Below are positions 53,000 to 64,000 of a stretch of 64,000 bases of DNA, in pieces. Numbering within the stretch: position 1 is the first letter of the stretch; each line of letters starts with the position of its first letter. Source of the DNA: the human T2T-CHM13v2.0 reference genome, Homo sapiens; assembly GCF_009914755.1 (NCBI RefSeq), contig NC_060926.1. One strand, 5' to 3'. A model generated the notes under the pieces. It searched no databases. It was not told the DNA's origin and saw only the letters and a program-made list of their open reading frames with translations. A program made the position numbers and the translations under genes.

Positions 53000-53649
53000 T
53001 TTTTTTTTTTTTTTTACTTTTATTCTAAGTTCAGGGATACATGTGCAGGTTTGTTATGTAGGTACACTTGTGTCATAGCGGTTTGTTGTACAGATTATTT
53101 TGTCACCCAGGTACTAAGCCTAGTACCCACTAGTTATTTTTCCTGATCCTCTCCCTCCTTCCACCCTCCACTCTCCGACAGGCCCTGTCTGTTCTTCCCC
53201 TCTATGTGTCCATGTGTTCTCATCGTTTAGCTCCTACTTATAAGTGAAAACACACAGTATTTGCTTTTCTCTTCCTACATCAGTTTGCTAAGGATAATGG
53301 CCTCTAGCTCAATCCATGTTTCTACAAAGGACATGATCTCATTCTTTTTTATGGCTGCATAGTATTCTATGGTGTATAGATATCACATTTCTTTATCCAG
53401 TCTACCATTGATGAGCATTTAGATTGATTCCATGTCTTTGCTATTATGAATAGTGCTGCAATGAACATACACATGCATGTGTCTTTGATAGAACAATTTA
53501 TATTCCTTTGGGTATGTACCCAGTAATGGGACTGCTGGTTCAAACAGTAGTTCTCGTTTTAGGTCTTTGGGGAATCATCACACTATTTTTCCACAATGGT
53601 TGAACTAATTTACAATTCCCCCAACAGTCTGTAACTGTTCCCTTTTTCC
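53000..53649 (-). mobile_element. L1PA13-16-like 3' end
   Basis: Poly(T) followed by antisense 3'UTR and ORF2 end; TSD CCAACAT(G/A)AAATTTCT at 52984-52999 and 53650-53665. Confidence 0.92.
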
Positions 53650-54304
53650 CCAACATAAAATTTCTGCCTCCATCACCAGATAAGTTAGGCCTTAAAAAAG
53701 GAAGCAGTACTTCAAAACTAAACTGCTCCCTCCCCAGATGCTGGAGTGAGAGAGGCAGCAAAAGAGAGAGACTCCATTAGGACTGTTTACTAAGAAACCC
53801 CACCCAACACATTAACTCACTGAAGGGGTTAGTCTAAGGTATTTTCCTTTAATTTTGGTGTGAGAAAGTATTGACCAGACCCTCATGATTTCTTGCCTGG
53901 ACAGCAAAATGCCTTTGGAACTGACCTACCTTCAGTCCTTTTTCTAATCTACTCTCCACACTACTGTCAATCAACTTCCCAAACCTCAAATAGGTTAACA
54001 CTACACCCCTGCTTAAACATCTTCAGCAGCTCCCATCTTCTGCCTGGCTCCTGAAAATGTTTTTCATATCTCCCAATGCAGTGTATGGAACACTCCACAA
54101 CTTCCTGCTGAATGCAATTATGTTAGCAGCTTGTAGATTGGCCCAATTAAATGTTTAGTATTTAAGTAAGAATAGATAGATGTAAAACAACAATGAACAT
54201 TAGCCTGTCAGAGTCTGTCAATATGGTGACATGTTTGGGGATGAGGTTAAAGCTGAAAGAATTACTCTTTTGCCTCTCCTATAAATTTAAGCAAAAAGTA
54301 GCTG

Positions 54305-54470
54305 GAAAACTATAGGCTTTGAATGACATAGACCCTGGTTCAACTCCTGGCCCTACCACCCATATATGATCATGTACAAATGGCTTGCTCTCTGCAAGTC
54401 TTGATTCCTCATCTGTAAGTGGATATCATAATACATACATACCAATAGTTATGAGGACTAAGTGAGGTAT
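54305..54470 (+). mobile_element. MIR
   Basis: agaccctggttcaactcctggccctaccac...ttcctcatctgtaag. Confidence 0.7.
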
Positions 54471-55524
54471 TCTCATTTCAAAAGTAACCTAACTCACCTT
54501 CTCTAGTAACACAATATGCCCATCCATTCTGATCACCTACCTCAAATTTAAAAGGAATTATGGTTTTTATTTAAAATTATTGTTTTAGTAAAACAAATAT
54601 ACCAAAATGACAACAAAAAAGTGTGCTGAGCCCATGAGTAGAGGTAAGATTTTGAGACTTTAAAGGATAGGCTGTTTTTTTGTTTTTGTTTCCTTCTCTT
54701 GAGCAGATGTTGGGTTATAAGAGATTGGCTGAAATGGATACTATAAAGAGATCATGTGATAAAAGGAATGAATTCTCAGCAAAGGAAAATGCTGTTTTTA
54801 ATTCTTTGAAATCCTTAAGGTCAGCTTCAAACAGGCAGTTGGGATAACCTAGCCAGATTGGCAGTGACTAGGAAGTGACCCAAGCCAAGTAGCAAATTAC
54901 TTGCTAATAGTCCCAAGTCACCTTTACTGCAGCCCTCAGCAGAGTTCCAGGTTTGTCTGCCTGCCATGGACAGCACGGTGGAGAGTCGGTCCTCAAAGGG
55001 ACCACCACCTACAAAGCCTGGCTCTAGTTTAGGGCTTGGATGGAAGGTATTTAGATAAACTAATTGCACAGGGATGTGGTTTGCTCTGGAGAAGTCAAGA
55101 CTGTGTTTAAATGTCTGAAATTCCTGGTGTCGCTAATAATTGTAACCTCTGCTTCAATAAAACACACAAATAATGTTACTGAAGCATTTCCAATCACAAG
55201 GTATTATTTTTGGTCTAAAACAGATGCAGCCCTTGGTACTTAAAAGGAGGATGTCTGGATAAATTTACCTCTGATCGAAGAGAAACAAAACTCCTGGAAC
55301 TTGGGCCAAAGCCCCATTTCTGAGAAGCATCAATTGGAGCAATGGCAGCCTAGCAGCATGACTGTGGTGTCATTCCCAGCACAAGTAAGGGCCACTTTGG
55401 GAGACCTATATAAGGTGCTGGAATGGATAAGCCAGGAGCTCTAAGGGAAATAAAGTAGCATTTTTGAATATTTAGTAGTTGTCAGGTGGAGCATTAATAT
55501 GGATTATTTTATTTAAGCATCATA

Positions 55525-55862
55525 GCAGCTCCATTTTACAGAGGAGGAAACTAAAGCCTAGAAAGATTAAATAATAAACTCAAAGACACTCAGCCACTAA
55601 GTATGGAATTGGGATTTAAATTCAGGGCTGTCTATACATAAAGCCATGCCTTTTGCATTACATCATACAATGTCTCTAAGAAATTATAAAGCACTAACCC
55701 CAAACAAAGGGGTATCTGGAGTCAAACTGCCAGGATTCAAATTTCTGCTCCATCATTTGCTATTTTTGTGACCAAAGATGAGGCATTTAACCTCTCTGGC
55801 TTTGAGTTTCCTTATAATAAAATGGGAAAGAATGATAGTAACTACCTGATAGTCCTGTTGGG
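55525..55862. mobile_element. Two MIRs (- then +); the second is split by the L1MA and resumes at 58824-58860
   Basis: ccattttacagaggaggaaactaaag; tctggagtcaaactgccaggattcaaat...aaaatggg. Confidence 0.75.
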
Positions 55863-58809
55863 TTGGCTTTTGTGCATGGTGTAAGATAAAAGTCCAATTT
55901 TATATTTCTGCATGTGGATATCCAGTTTTCCCAATATCATTTATTGAAGAGACTATCTTTTGTCCATTGTGTATTCTTGCCACCCTTGTTGAAGACCAGT
56001 TGGTCATATATTCATGGGTTTATTCCTGGGCTCTCTATTCTGTTTCATTGGTCTGCATGTCTGTGTTTATGCCAATACCATACTGTACTGATTACTGCAG
56101 CTTTGTAATATATTTTAAAATCAGGAAATATGATACTTCCATCTTTGTTCTTCGTGTTCAAAATAACTTTGGTTATTCAGAGTCTTTTGTACTTCCATAT
56201 GAATGTTAACATTGTCTTTTCTATTTCTGTAAAAAATGCCATTGGGATTTTGATAGTGATTTCACTGAATCTATAGACAGATTTGTATAGTATGGGCATT
56301 TTAACAATATTAATTATTTCTATATGTGAACACAAGATATCTTTCCATTTTTTTGTGTTTACTTTATTTCTTTCATCAGTGTTTTCTAGTTTTCATTGCA
56401 CGAGTCTTTCATATTTGTCACTAAGTTTATTTCAAAATATTTTATTCTTTTTGATGGCATTGCAAGTGGAATTGTTTTCTTAATTTTTTTAGGTAGTTCA
56501 TTGTGAGTGTATAGAACCATGACTGATTTTTGCACATTGATTTTATGTCCTGCAACTTCACTGAATTCTTTAATTAGTTTTACCAGTTTTTTTTGTGGAG
56601 TCTTCCAGGTTTCCTACATATAAGTTTATGTCATCTGTAAACACAATTTAACTTCTTTCTTTCTAATTAGGATGACTTTTATTACTTTTTCTTGCCTAAT
56701 TTCTCTGGCTAGGACTTCCAGGACTATGTTGGATAGGAGTAGTGAGAGTGGGCATCCTTGCTTTGTTCCAGATCTTAAAGGAAAAGCTTTCAAGTTTTCA
56801 TCATTGAGGATAATATTAGCAGTGGGTTTTTATATGTGGCCTTTATTGTGTTGCATAAGTTCCTTCTACACTTAGTTTGTTAAGAGGTTTTATCATGAAG
56901 GGATGTTAAATTTTGTAAGTACTTTTTTCTGCATCTATTGAAATGATTATGTTATTTTTGTCCATTTATTCTGTTACTGTGTTGTATCACATTGATTGAT
57001 TGGCATATGTTGGACCATCCTTGCATCCTAGGGATAAAGCCCACTTGGTCATGACATATGATCTTTTCAATGTACAGTTGATTTTAGTTTTCAAATACTT
57101 TGTTGAGGATTTTTTTCATCCATACTTATCAGGGATATTGGCCTGTAGTTTTCTTTTCTGTGGTAATGGTATCTTTGCCTGGTTTGGGTATAAGGGTGAT
57201 ACAGTACTGGTACTGGCCTCATAAAAAGAAATGTTCCCTCTTCTTCTATTTTTGGGAATAGTTTAAGAAGGATTGGTATTGATTTATCTTTAAATGCTTG
57301 GTAGGATTTACCCGTGAAGCCATCTGGTTCTGGGGTTTTCTTTGTTAGAAGGTTTTTGATTACTGATTCAATCTCATTTGTTACTAGTCTGTTTAGGCTT
57401 TCTATCCCTTCTTGATTCAGTCTTGATTGGAGGTATACTTTTAAGACTTTATCCATTTCTTCCAAGCTGTACAGTTTGTTGGTATATAATTGTCCATAAT
57501 AGTTAACTTATGATCTTTTTTATTTTTGTGACATCAGATGTATTATCTCCTCTTTCATTTCTGATTTTCTTTATTTAAGACTTCTCTCTTATTTTCTTGG
57601 TCTAGTTAAGGCTAGGACAAGTTATTTCTTATGTCTAGTTAAGGCTTGTCAATTTTATTTATCTTTTCAATTTTTGTCTATGACACCTGGCAATTAAAGC
57701 AAAACTAGACAAGCAGAATTATAACAAACTAAAATGTTTCTGTACCGCAAAGGAAACAGTCAACAGAATGAAAAACAACCCACAGAATGTGAAAAAGTAT
57801 TTCTAACTCTTAAGGGGTTAATATCCAAAATATATAAGAAACCCTCACAAAACAATTGCAAAAAAAAAACAAAAAACAAAAAGCAACCCAATTTAAAAAT
57901 GGGCAAAGGAATTGAGTGCCATTTCTTCAAAGAAGACATACAAATGGGCAACAGTTATGTAAACAGCTGCTCAATATCACTAATCATCAGGGAAATGTAA
58001 ACCAAAATCACAGTGAGACATCATCTCATTCCTGTTAGGATGGCTATTATCAAACAGAAAAACAAAAGATAACAAATGTTGGTGAGGATGTGAACAAAAG
58101 GAACCCTTGTAAACTGTTGGTAGGAATGTGGATTGGTGCAGTCACTGTGGAAAACATTATGGAGGTTCTTCAAAAAATTAAGAATAGAACTACCATATGT
58201 TCCAGCAATCCCACGTCTAGGTATATATCCAAAGGAATTGAAATCAGGATCTCAAAGAGATATCTGCACGCCCACATTCATTATAGCATTATTGAGCATT
58301 AGGCAAGCAAAATCCTACCATTTGCAACAACATAGAAGAATCCAAAGGACATTATGCTAAGCGAAATAAGTCAGACACAGAAGGACAAATATTACATGAT
58401 ACCACTTATATGATGAATCTAAAATAGTTAAACTCATAGAAGCAGAGAGTGGAATGGTGGTTGTCAGGAGCTGAAGGGAGGGAGAAATGGAATGATATTA
58501 GTGAAAGGGTACAAAGATTCAGTTATGTAAGATGAGTAAGTCCTAGAGATTTACTATACAGCATAGTATTATAGTTAACAATACTGTACTGGATACTTAA
58601 AAATTTGCTAAGAGGGTAGATCTTATGTTAAATGTTTTTATCACAAAATAATAAATAAAGAGGGCAGAATAAAACTTTTGGAAGTGATAGACATACATTG
58701 TAGTGATTTCACAGGTGTAAACTTATCTCAAAATTTATCAAGTCATATACATTAAATATGTACAGCTTTCTGTATGTCAAACATATGCAATGAAGTTGCT
58801 TAACTAAAA
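55863..58809. mobile_element. L1MA-type insertion with 5' inversion (55863 to about 57670 antisense ORF2; about 57672-58809 sense ORF2 end and 3'UTR)
   Basis: Minus-strand ORF 57091-57465 (PEPDGFTGKSYQ); plus-strand ORF 58133 (QSLWKTLWRFFKKLRIELPY); TSD ATAGT(C/G)CTGTTGGG at 55849-55862 and 58810-58823. Confidence 0.9.
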
Positions 58810-60284
58810 ATAGTGCTGTTGGGCAAATTAAAAGAAGGAATACAGATAAAAGGGTTAGTGTTGTACCTTTAGCCTTGCACCCAATCCAGATGTTCAGACA
58901 TCAAGACTCAGGCAAGCAAACTGACTTCTCTCTTCAGCCCAGGCAGCTATGGAGGAACCCTGGTTAGCCCAGAGACACTCTCTGGAGCCCAACAGAAGAC
59001 CCATCCCGCTCTAAATACCCAGCAGACGACTGTGGCTAATGTCCAAAGGCTTCATACAGCACAGAGCAAGTTGTCTTCCAAATTTCACATTGAGTTGCCC
59101 ACGTACGCATGTCCTCAACTACAAACTCAGGGGCTACAAACTCTTAGCCCAGTCATAGTAATTCACATTTCTTTAGTATCCCACATTGTGCTAGAGTACA
59201 CCAATAAAGATTTGCTGGGCACATGTGGAAAATATTACTTACTATGTGCATTCAGGCAAAGGTGGTTAGTATCCAAATAAATCAGATTGATGCTTTATCT
59301 AACAACCATTAAAGCTAGGCCTGAATTCAACATTTTCTGGCTGCTGACAAGGCTTAATATTTTAAAAATCACCCCAACTGGAAAGAACTAAGTCTTTAGG
59401 TATGGTAGTGCTTTCTCCTTAGCCAAAAATATATGTACACCAGTGGTACAGCAGTTAATATCTTGCATGGGATAAATTAAACAAAGATAAAGTACACACC
59501 AATTCTATGGAATTATGAAAAATTAGGCAGTGGGGTAACAGAAATTCTTCCATTTTGAAGTTAATCATTAACATTTCTCTAGGAAACAAACAACGAGACT
59601 ATTGTCTTATTTCCAAAGGTTCCCCGGGGGTGAGCAAAAAAGCTAATTTCATTAGATGTAATACATAACCAAGGGTGGTCATACAATCATTGCCTGCATA
59701 TGTGCCTGACCATAAAAAAATACCTCAAGGAATAGGAAGTTTCAAAATATATGCAAAAATAAGATACATGAGAACATTTTCACACAGTGTTTAAGTACGT
59801 AAATGCTTCAATAAGATGCACAAATAATGTATTCGTTGTTTAAATATACCCAATTGGCCATTATTCAATGCACATAAGGTATCAGGAAAGCAAAAACTGA
59901 CTTCCTCTTCAATTCTCTTTCTAGATGCTTATAACAGAGGTTGAGAAATTGTGCAAGCAATACATCAAACTAAGTAACCAAGTACAGCATCAAGGAGGGA
60001 AAAGTCAGAATATTCAGTTTTTCAGTAACCAAGAATTTAAAAAGAGATCTTTTATTTTTATACTCAAATGGTCAATAAAGTTATAAGTAACAAGGTTTTC
60101 ATCACTAAAGTTAATTAAATTCTATTAAATATACCAACTGTCAGTGTGGGGCTCCGTTATATAAACAAAAAAGCACTTAGCACAGTACCTGCCACTTGTA
60201 ACAACTTGTGACAATAATTAACTATTGTTCCTTTTCTGAAATTGATCCTAACAATGGAGTATGTCACATATTTTTCTGTCCTTT

Positions 60285-60552
60285 CCGGAAGTAATCAGAT
60301 TAAAATGAATTCATTAGTGTGAGCCCTAATCCAATATGACTGGGGTCCACACACAGAGGAACGACAACATATAGAGAGACAAGGAGAACCCATGTGAAGA
60401 CGGCAGATGGAAGGGATGCACCTACAAGCCAAGGAAGGCCAGAGACTGCCGGCAAACTACCAGAAGCTAGAAAAGGAAAGTGAGAATTCCCCTATTGGTT
60501 TCAGAGGAAGTATGGCCCTGCTGAGGCCTTGATTTCAGACTTTCAACCTCCA
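60285..60552 (+). mobile_element. MLT1C-like LTR fragment, 3' end missing
   Basis: gccctaatccaatatgactgg...caagccaaggaa...ccagaagctag...cttgatttcagactttcaacctcca, then an abrupt switch. Confidence 0.8.
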
Positions 60553-60757
60553 TAGTTGAGTAGATTCTCAACCAATGGCAGGATTTCCTGTTGTTTTTTT
60601 GTTGGGTTGTTGATTCCTGTTTAAAGAATCTGCCATAAAGTTGTACTGACAATTGATGTAATATTTCTGAATGGCAAAGTTTAATAGACCCAGATTTGGC
60701 TTGAGGTCTTAAATCGCCAGAATACTCAACTAAGATGCTAGGTCCAATCCTGGGCAT
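60553..60757. repeat. Chimeric local duplication: 60553-60719 is the reverse complement of 62603-62768, and 60723-60757 is a direct copy of 62759-62793
   Basis: Manual alignment: inverted arm has 9 substitutions and 1 indel over about 167 bp; direct arm is 35/35 identical. Confidence 0.95.
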
Positions 60758-60764
60758 CTCTCGC

Positions 60765-60858
60765 TATATATTTTTTTATATAGATATATAAATATATATA
60801 TGTATATATATTTATATATATGTGTGTATATGTATATGTATTTATATATATGTGTGTG

Positions 60859-60905
<47 letters not shown>
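60765..60905. repeat. Compound (TA/TG)n(GA)n microsatellite at the Alu tail position
   Basis: Direct reading. Confidence 0.9.
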
Positions 60906-61177
60906 TCTTGCTTTGTCTCCCAGGCCAGAGTGCAGTGGCACAATCTCAGCTCACTGCAACCTCCACCTGCAAGGTTCAAGCAATTTTCATGCCTCAGCCT
61001 CCCGAGTAGCTAGGATTACAGGCATGTGCCACCACACCAAGATAATTGTTGTATTTTTAGTAGAGACAGGGTTTTGCCATGTTGGACAGGCTGGTCTTGA
61101 ACTCCTGGCCTCAAGTGATCCACCTGCCTCAGCTTCCCAAAATGCTGGGAGAACAGGCGTGAGCCGCCATGCCTGAC
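60903..61177 (-). mobile_element. Alu (Jb/Sz-like)
   Basis: Antisense dimer with ctcctggcctcaagtgatcc; no TSD found. Confidence 0.92.
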
Positions 61178-61657
61178 TTGTATTTTTGTACAATTCAAAA
61201 TAAAGTTCCAAAAGGAAGGGAAGGAAAGGAGACAATAATCTGTTGTTATATGTTGATTTTAGTTACAGGGTTATACATTATCATGAAGGAGGTCTTTGAT
61301 CTTTCCATGATTATGAAACAATATAATTTTCTAAGGTGACAATGGTTCTTATTTTTTAAAAATAGCACATGCAAAATGTACTCAAAGTATTCAAAGTCAT
61401 ACATCTACATTACAGCCTGTGTCAAATTAATTAATATGTTTTTTTTTCCCTTGAAGTTCTGGCTGGAAAGAGTCCCTGAATGTGATAATAATAATGATGC
61501 TGATAGCAATGATAATAACTAATGTATAACATATGCCTCCTACTGTAGCAAATCTTTTATAGGTTTCTTTTCATTTAGGCCCCATAATGGTCTTTTGAAA
61601 TAGGTACTATTATTTTTGCAGATGACGAAACAAAATCAGAAGATACAAGTAACTTGC

Positions 61658-62079
61658 TGCTATAGTTTGGATGTGTGTCTCCACCCAAATTTCGTGTTGA
61701 AATGAGATCCCCAGTATTGGAGGCCGGGCCTTGTAATAGGTGACTGGATCATAAGGGTGGATTTCTCTTGAATGGTTTAGTACCATCCCATTGGTGCTGT
61801 TTTTGCATTAGTAAGTTCTTGGGAGATCTGGTAGTTTATAAGTGAGTGGCACCTCCCCCTTCTCTCTCTTGTTCCTGCACTGGCCATGTGATGTGCCTGT
61901 TCCCCCTTCACCTTCTGCCATGAGTGTAAGTTTCCTGAGGCCTCTCCAGAAGCCCAGCAGATGCCAGCATCAAGATTGCTGAACAGCCTGCAGGAACATA
62001 AGCCAATTAAACCTCTTTTCTTTATAAATTGCCCAGTCTCAATTATTTCTTTATAGCCATGAGAGAATGGACTAACACA
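61658..62079 (+). mobile_element. MSTA/B-like solo LTR inserted in an antisense MIR (about 61500-62170)
   Basis: TGCTATAGTTTGGATG...GGACTAACACA; perfect TSD CTTGC; the MIR core aagtaacttgc|cctag rejoins across it. Confidence 0.92.
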
Positions 62080-62602
62080 CTTGCCCTAGATAAGAGGATG
62101 AGTAAATGGCAGGAGCGGAGCTTGAGCCCCAGTTTGTGACTCCAGAGCCCCATATTCAAGCAGTGCACATGTCCCCCTCTGCTCAATGTTTCCACCTCTG
62201 GTGTAATTTAGGTAAGGCTAAATGCTGTAACAAAGATACTTGGATGCTCCTGTTTAGATTGATTGCTCACTCTCAACCAGTCAACCTTAAGCTTCTTGTG
62301 ATCAGTCAGCCCACACACATAGAAATATCAAAAGAAATTGCAACCGTCTTCTCGTGGCATTTTATATTATTTCCATTGATTTGAAGTACTTCATTTTAAA
62401 ACTTAGTGAGCCAGTCAGGGGTTATTTTTAACATCATTTGATAATTTATATATACGTAAAAGCACCGTGAGAGTTGAACTTGACTTCAGGCCAGCTCTCA
62501 CTATTAATCAAACTACCATTTTCCCATGTGATAAAGGGCCCAAAATGAAATTTACAACAAATGTGCAGTTTCACAACGAACATCTTACATTTACAGGTAA
62601 TT

Positions 62603-62793
62603 TGGCGATTTAAGACATCAGGCCAAATCTGGGTCTATTAAACTTTGCCATGCACAAACATTACATCAACTGTCAGTACAACTTTATGGCAGATTCTTTA
62701 AACAGGAATCAACAACCCAACAAAAAACAACAGGAAATACTGCCGTTGGTTGAGAACCTACTCAACTAAGATGCTAGGTCCAATCCTGGGCAT
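62603..62793 (+). repeat. Donor of the duplication at 60553-60757
   Basis: Contiguous unique sequence matching both arms of the derived copy. Confidence 0.93.
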
Positions 62794-63315
62794 TCTGGGT
62801 ACAAAACTAATCATAAACTCGTCATTTTATGGAGAATCTGATGGTTTGACGATGTCAGAACTTGCTGGTGGCCTCACAATCAGTACAGTAAAGGGAAGGG
62901 CTAGATTTCAATAGTGGACAGCCCAACTCTTAACTGTTTCACCACCCTGATTCTCTAGCCACATTGTCAGAGTGTTGACCAGGAAGACAGACAAAAGATT
63001 AGTCTAGGGACTCGGGCACCGTGTGGAGTCTTGCCTTGGGCAAGTCATTTACATTACTTTCTCTGCCTGAAGATATTTTATTTGAAAACAAAATGAAGAG
63101 AAACTTATTTTCAAGCATGCTTGTAATTTGGACTAAATAATCCCGCTTCTGGAGAATCTGTGGATTTTAAATCAAGATAATTCAGAAAGACCAGAAAAAT
63201 CTCTCAATTCTTCTCATTTGCCTTCTTCTCCAAGCACAAAATAGAAATATGACTTTGAGGGAACCAATGGTGCCAATCTCTTAGAAAGGAGTATGAAAAA
63301 TAATACTTTTATTGG

Positions 63316-63376
63316 TCAAAAGGACTCCAATGTGGTCCTTAGTGCTCAAAAGAACTCCAATGTGATCCTTAGTGCT
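63316..63376 (+). repeat. 30-bp tandem duplication
   Basis: TCAAAAG(G/A)ACTCCAATGTG(G/A)TCCTTAGTGC twice, 28/30 identical. Confidence 0.95.
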
Positions 63377-64000
63377 GTAATCACACAGTAAGTGCTCACT
63401 ACTTATTTAGTGGGTACCACTGACCTCAGTCAGACTTGGTTATTCTCCTACAACCCTGCCACCCTGGAAAAGGCCCTAAAAAAAAAGTCTGTGTGCCTCA
63501 GTTTACCCATTGGCAATATTATGACAACAATATATTCTTGTCATCAATATCAAGTACTACACAAATTTGAGGCTTTATACTATGACCACATCCTTTTCCT
63601 TTTATTATCAATAATAACATACTCCCTGGTAGTCTACCACAAAATACTAGGAAAGTTACTATTTACTCAAATACTCCTCTCATTCACTTCTATTCACACC
63701 TCTATTAGAAGAACTCAGCAATTTTTTTGTTATTTGTTTTTCTGGACATTGACCGTGAACTTGTCAGCAGCCAGCACAGAGCACTCACATGATGTACTTC
63801 TGCTCCCCACTTCGCTTGTTTACCTGGTGACAAATCACACCTGCAGTGGATTCATGGTATTTCCCAACACTAGCATTCTTAGCTTGCAGAATGATATTAC
63901 AGGGTTGAATTCTAAGTCCCCATCTCCACAAGCCTTACAATTTCTTCCACTTAGTGTGACCAACATATGTTCTTCCAAGAAGAACAACCAACTGGCCCAC

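Noticed and set aside
63316-63376. CRISPR-like 30-bp repeats
   Set aside because: Only two abutting copies, no spacers, eukaryotic context.

Overview
Primate (very likely human or great ape) intergenic or intronic DNA, AT-rich and dominated by interspersed repeats. No host protein-coding exon, RNA gene or CRISPR array can be supported. Every ORF with a recognisable product is a broken L1 ORF1/ORF2 or HERV-H gag/pro/pol fragment. The largest element is a 6.3-kb two-LTR HERV-H (LTR7) provirus at 23419-29727 with a perfect GTATC target-site duplication (TSD), inserted into the 3' end of an old L1M. Also present are several L1s (including a twin-primed inverted L1MA and a short L1PA3-like insertion), MaLR/ERVL/ERV1 LTRs, Alus, Tigger3, MADE1, MER5, MIR and L2 relics. 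The most unusual signals not explained by repeat families are two local templated copies of unique sequence, each about 94% identical to its donor. One is an inverted-plus-direct chimeric copy at 60553-60757 of 62603-62793; the other is an 84-bp copy at 52364-52447 of 50863-50945 dropped into an L2. I found no evidence of a new multi-gene system. Repeat subfamily names come from recalled consensus sequences and need RepeatMasker/Dfam confirmation.
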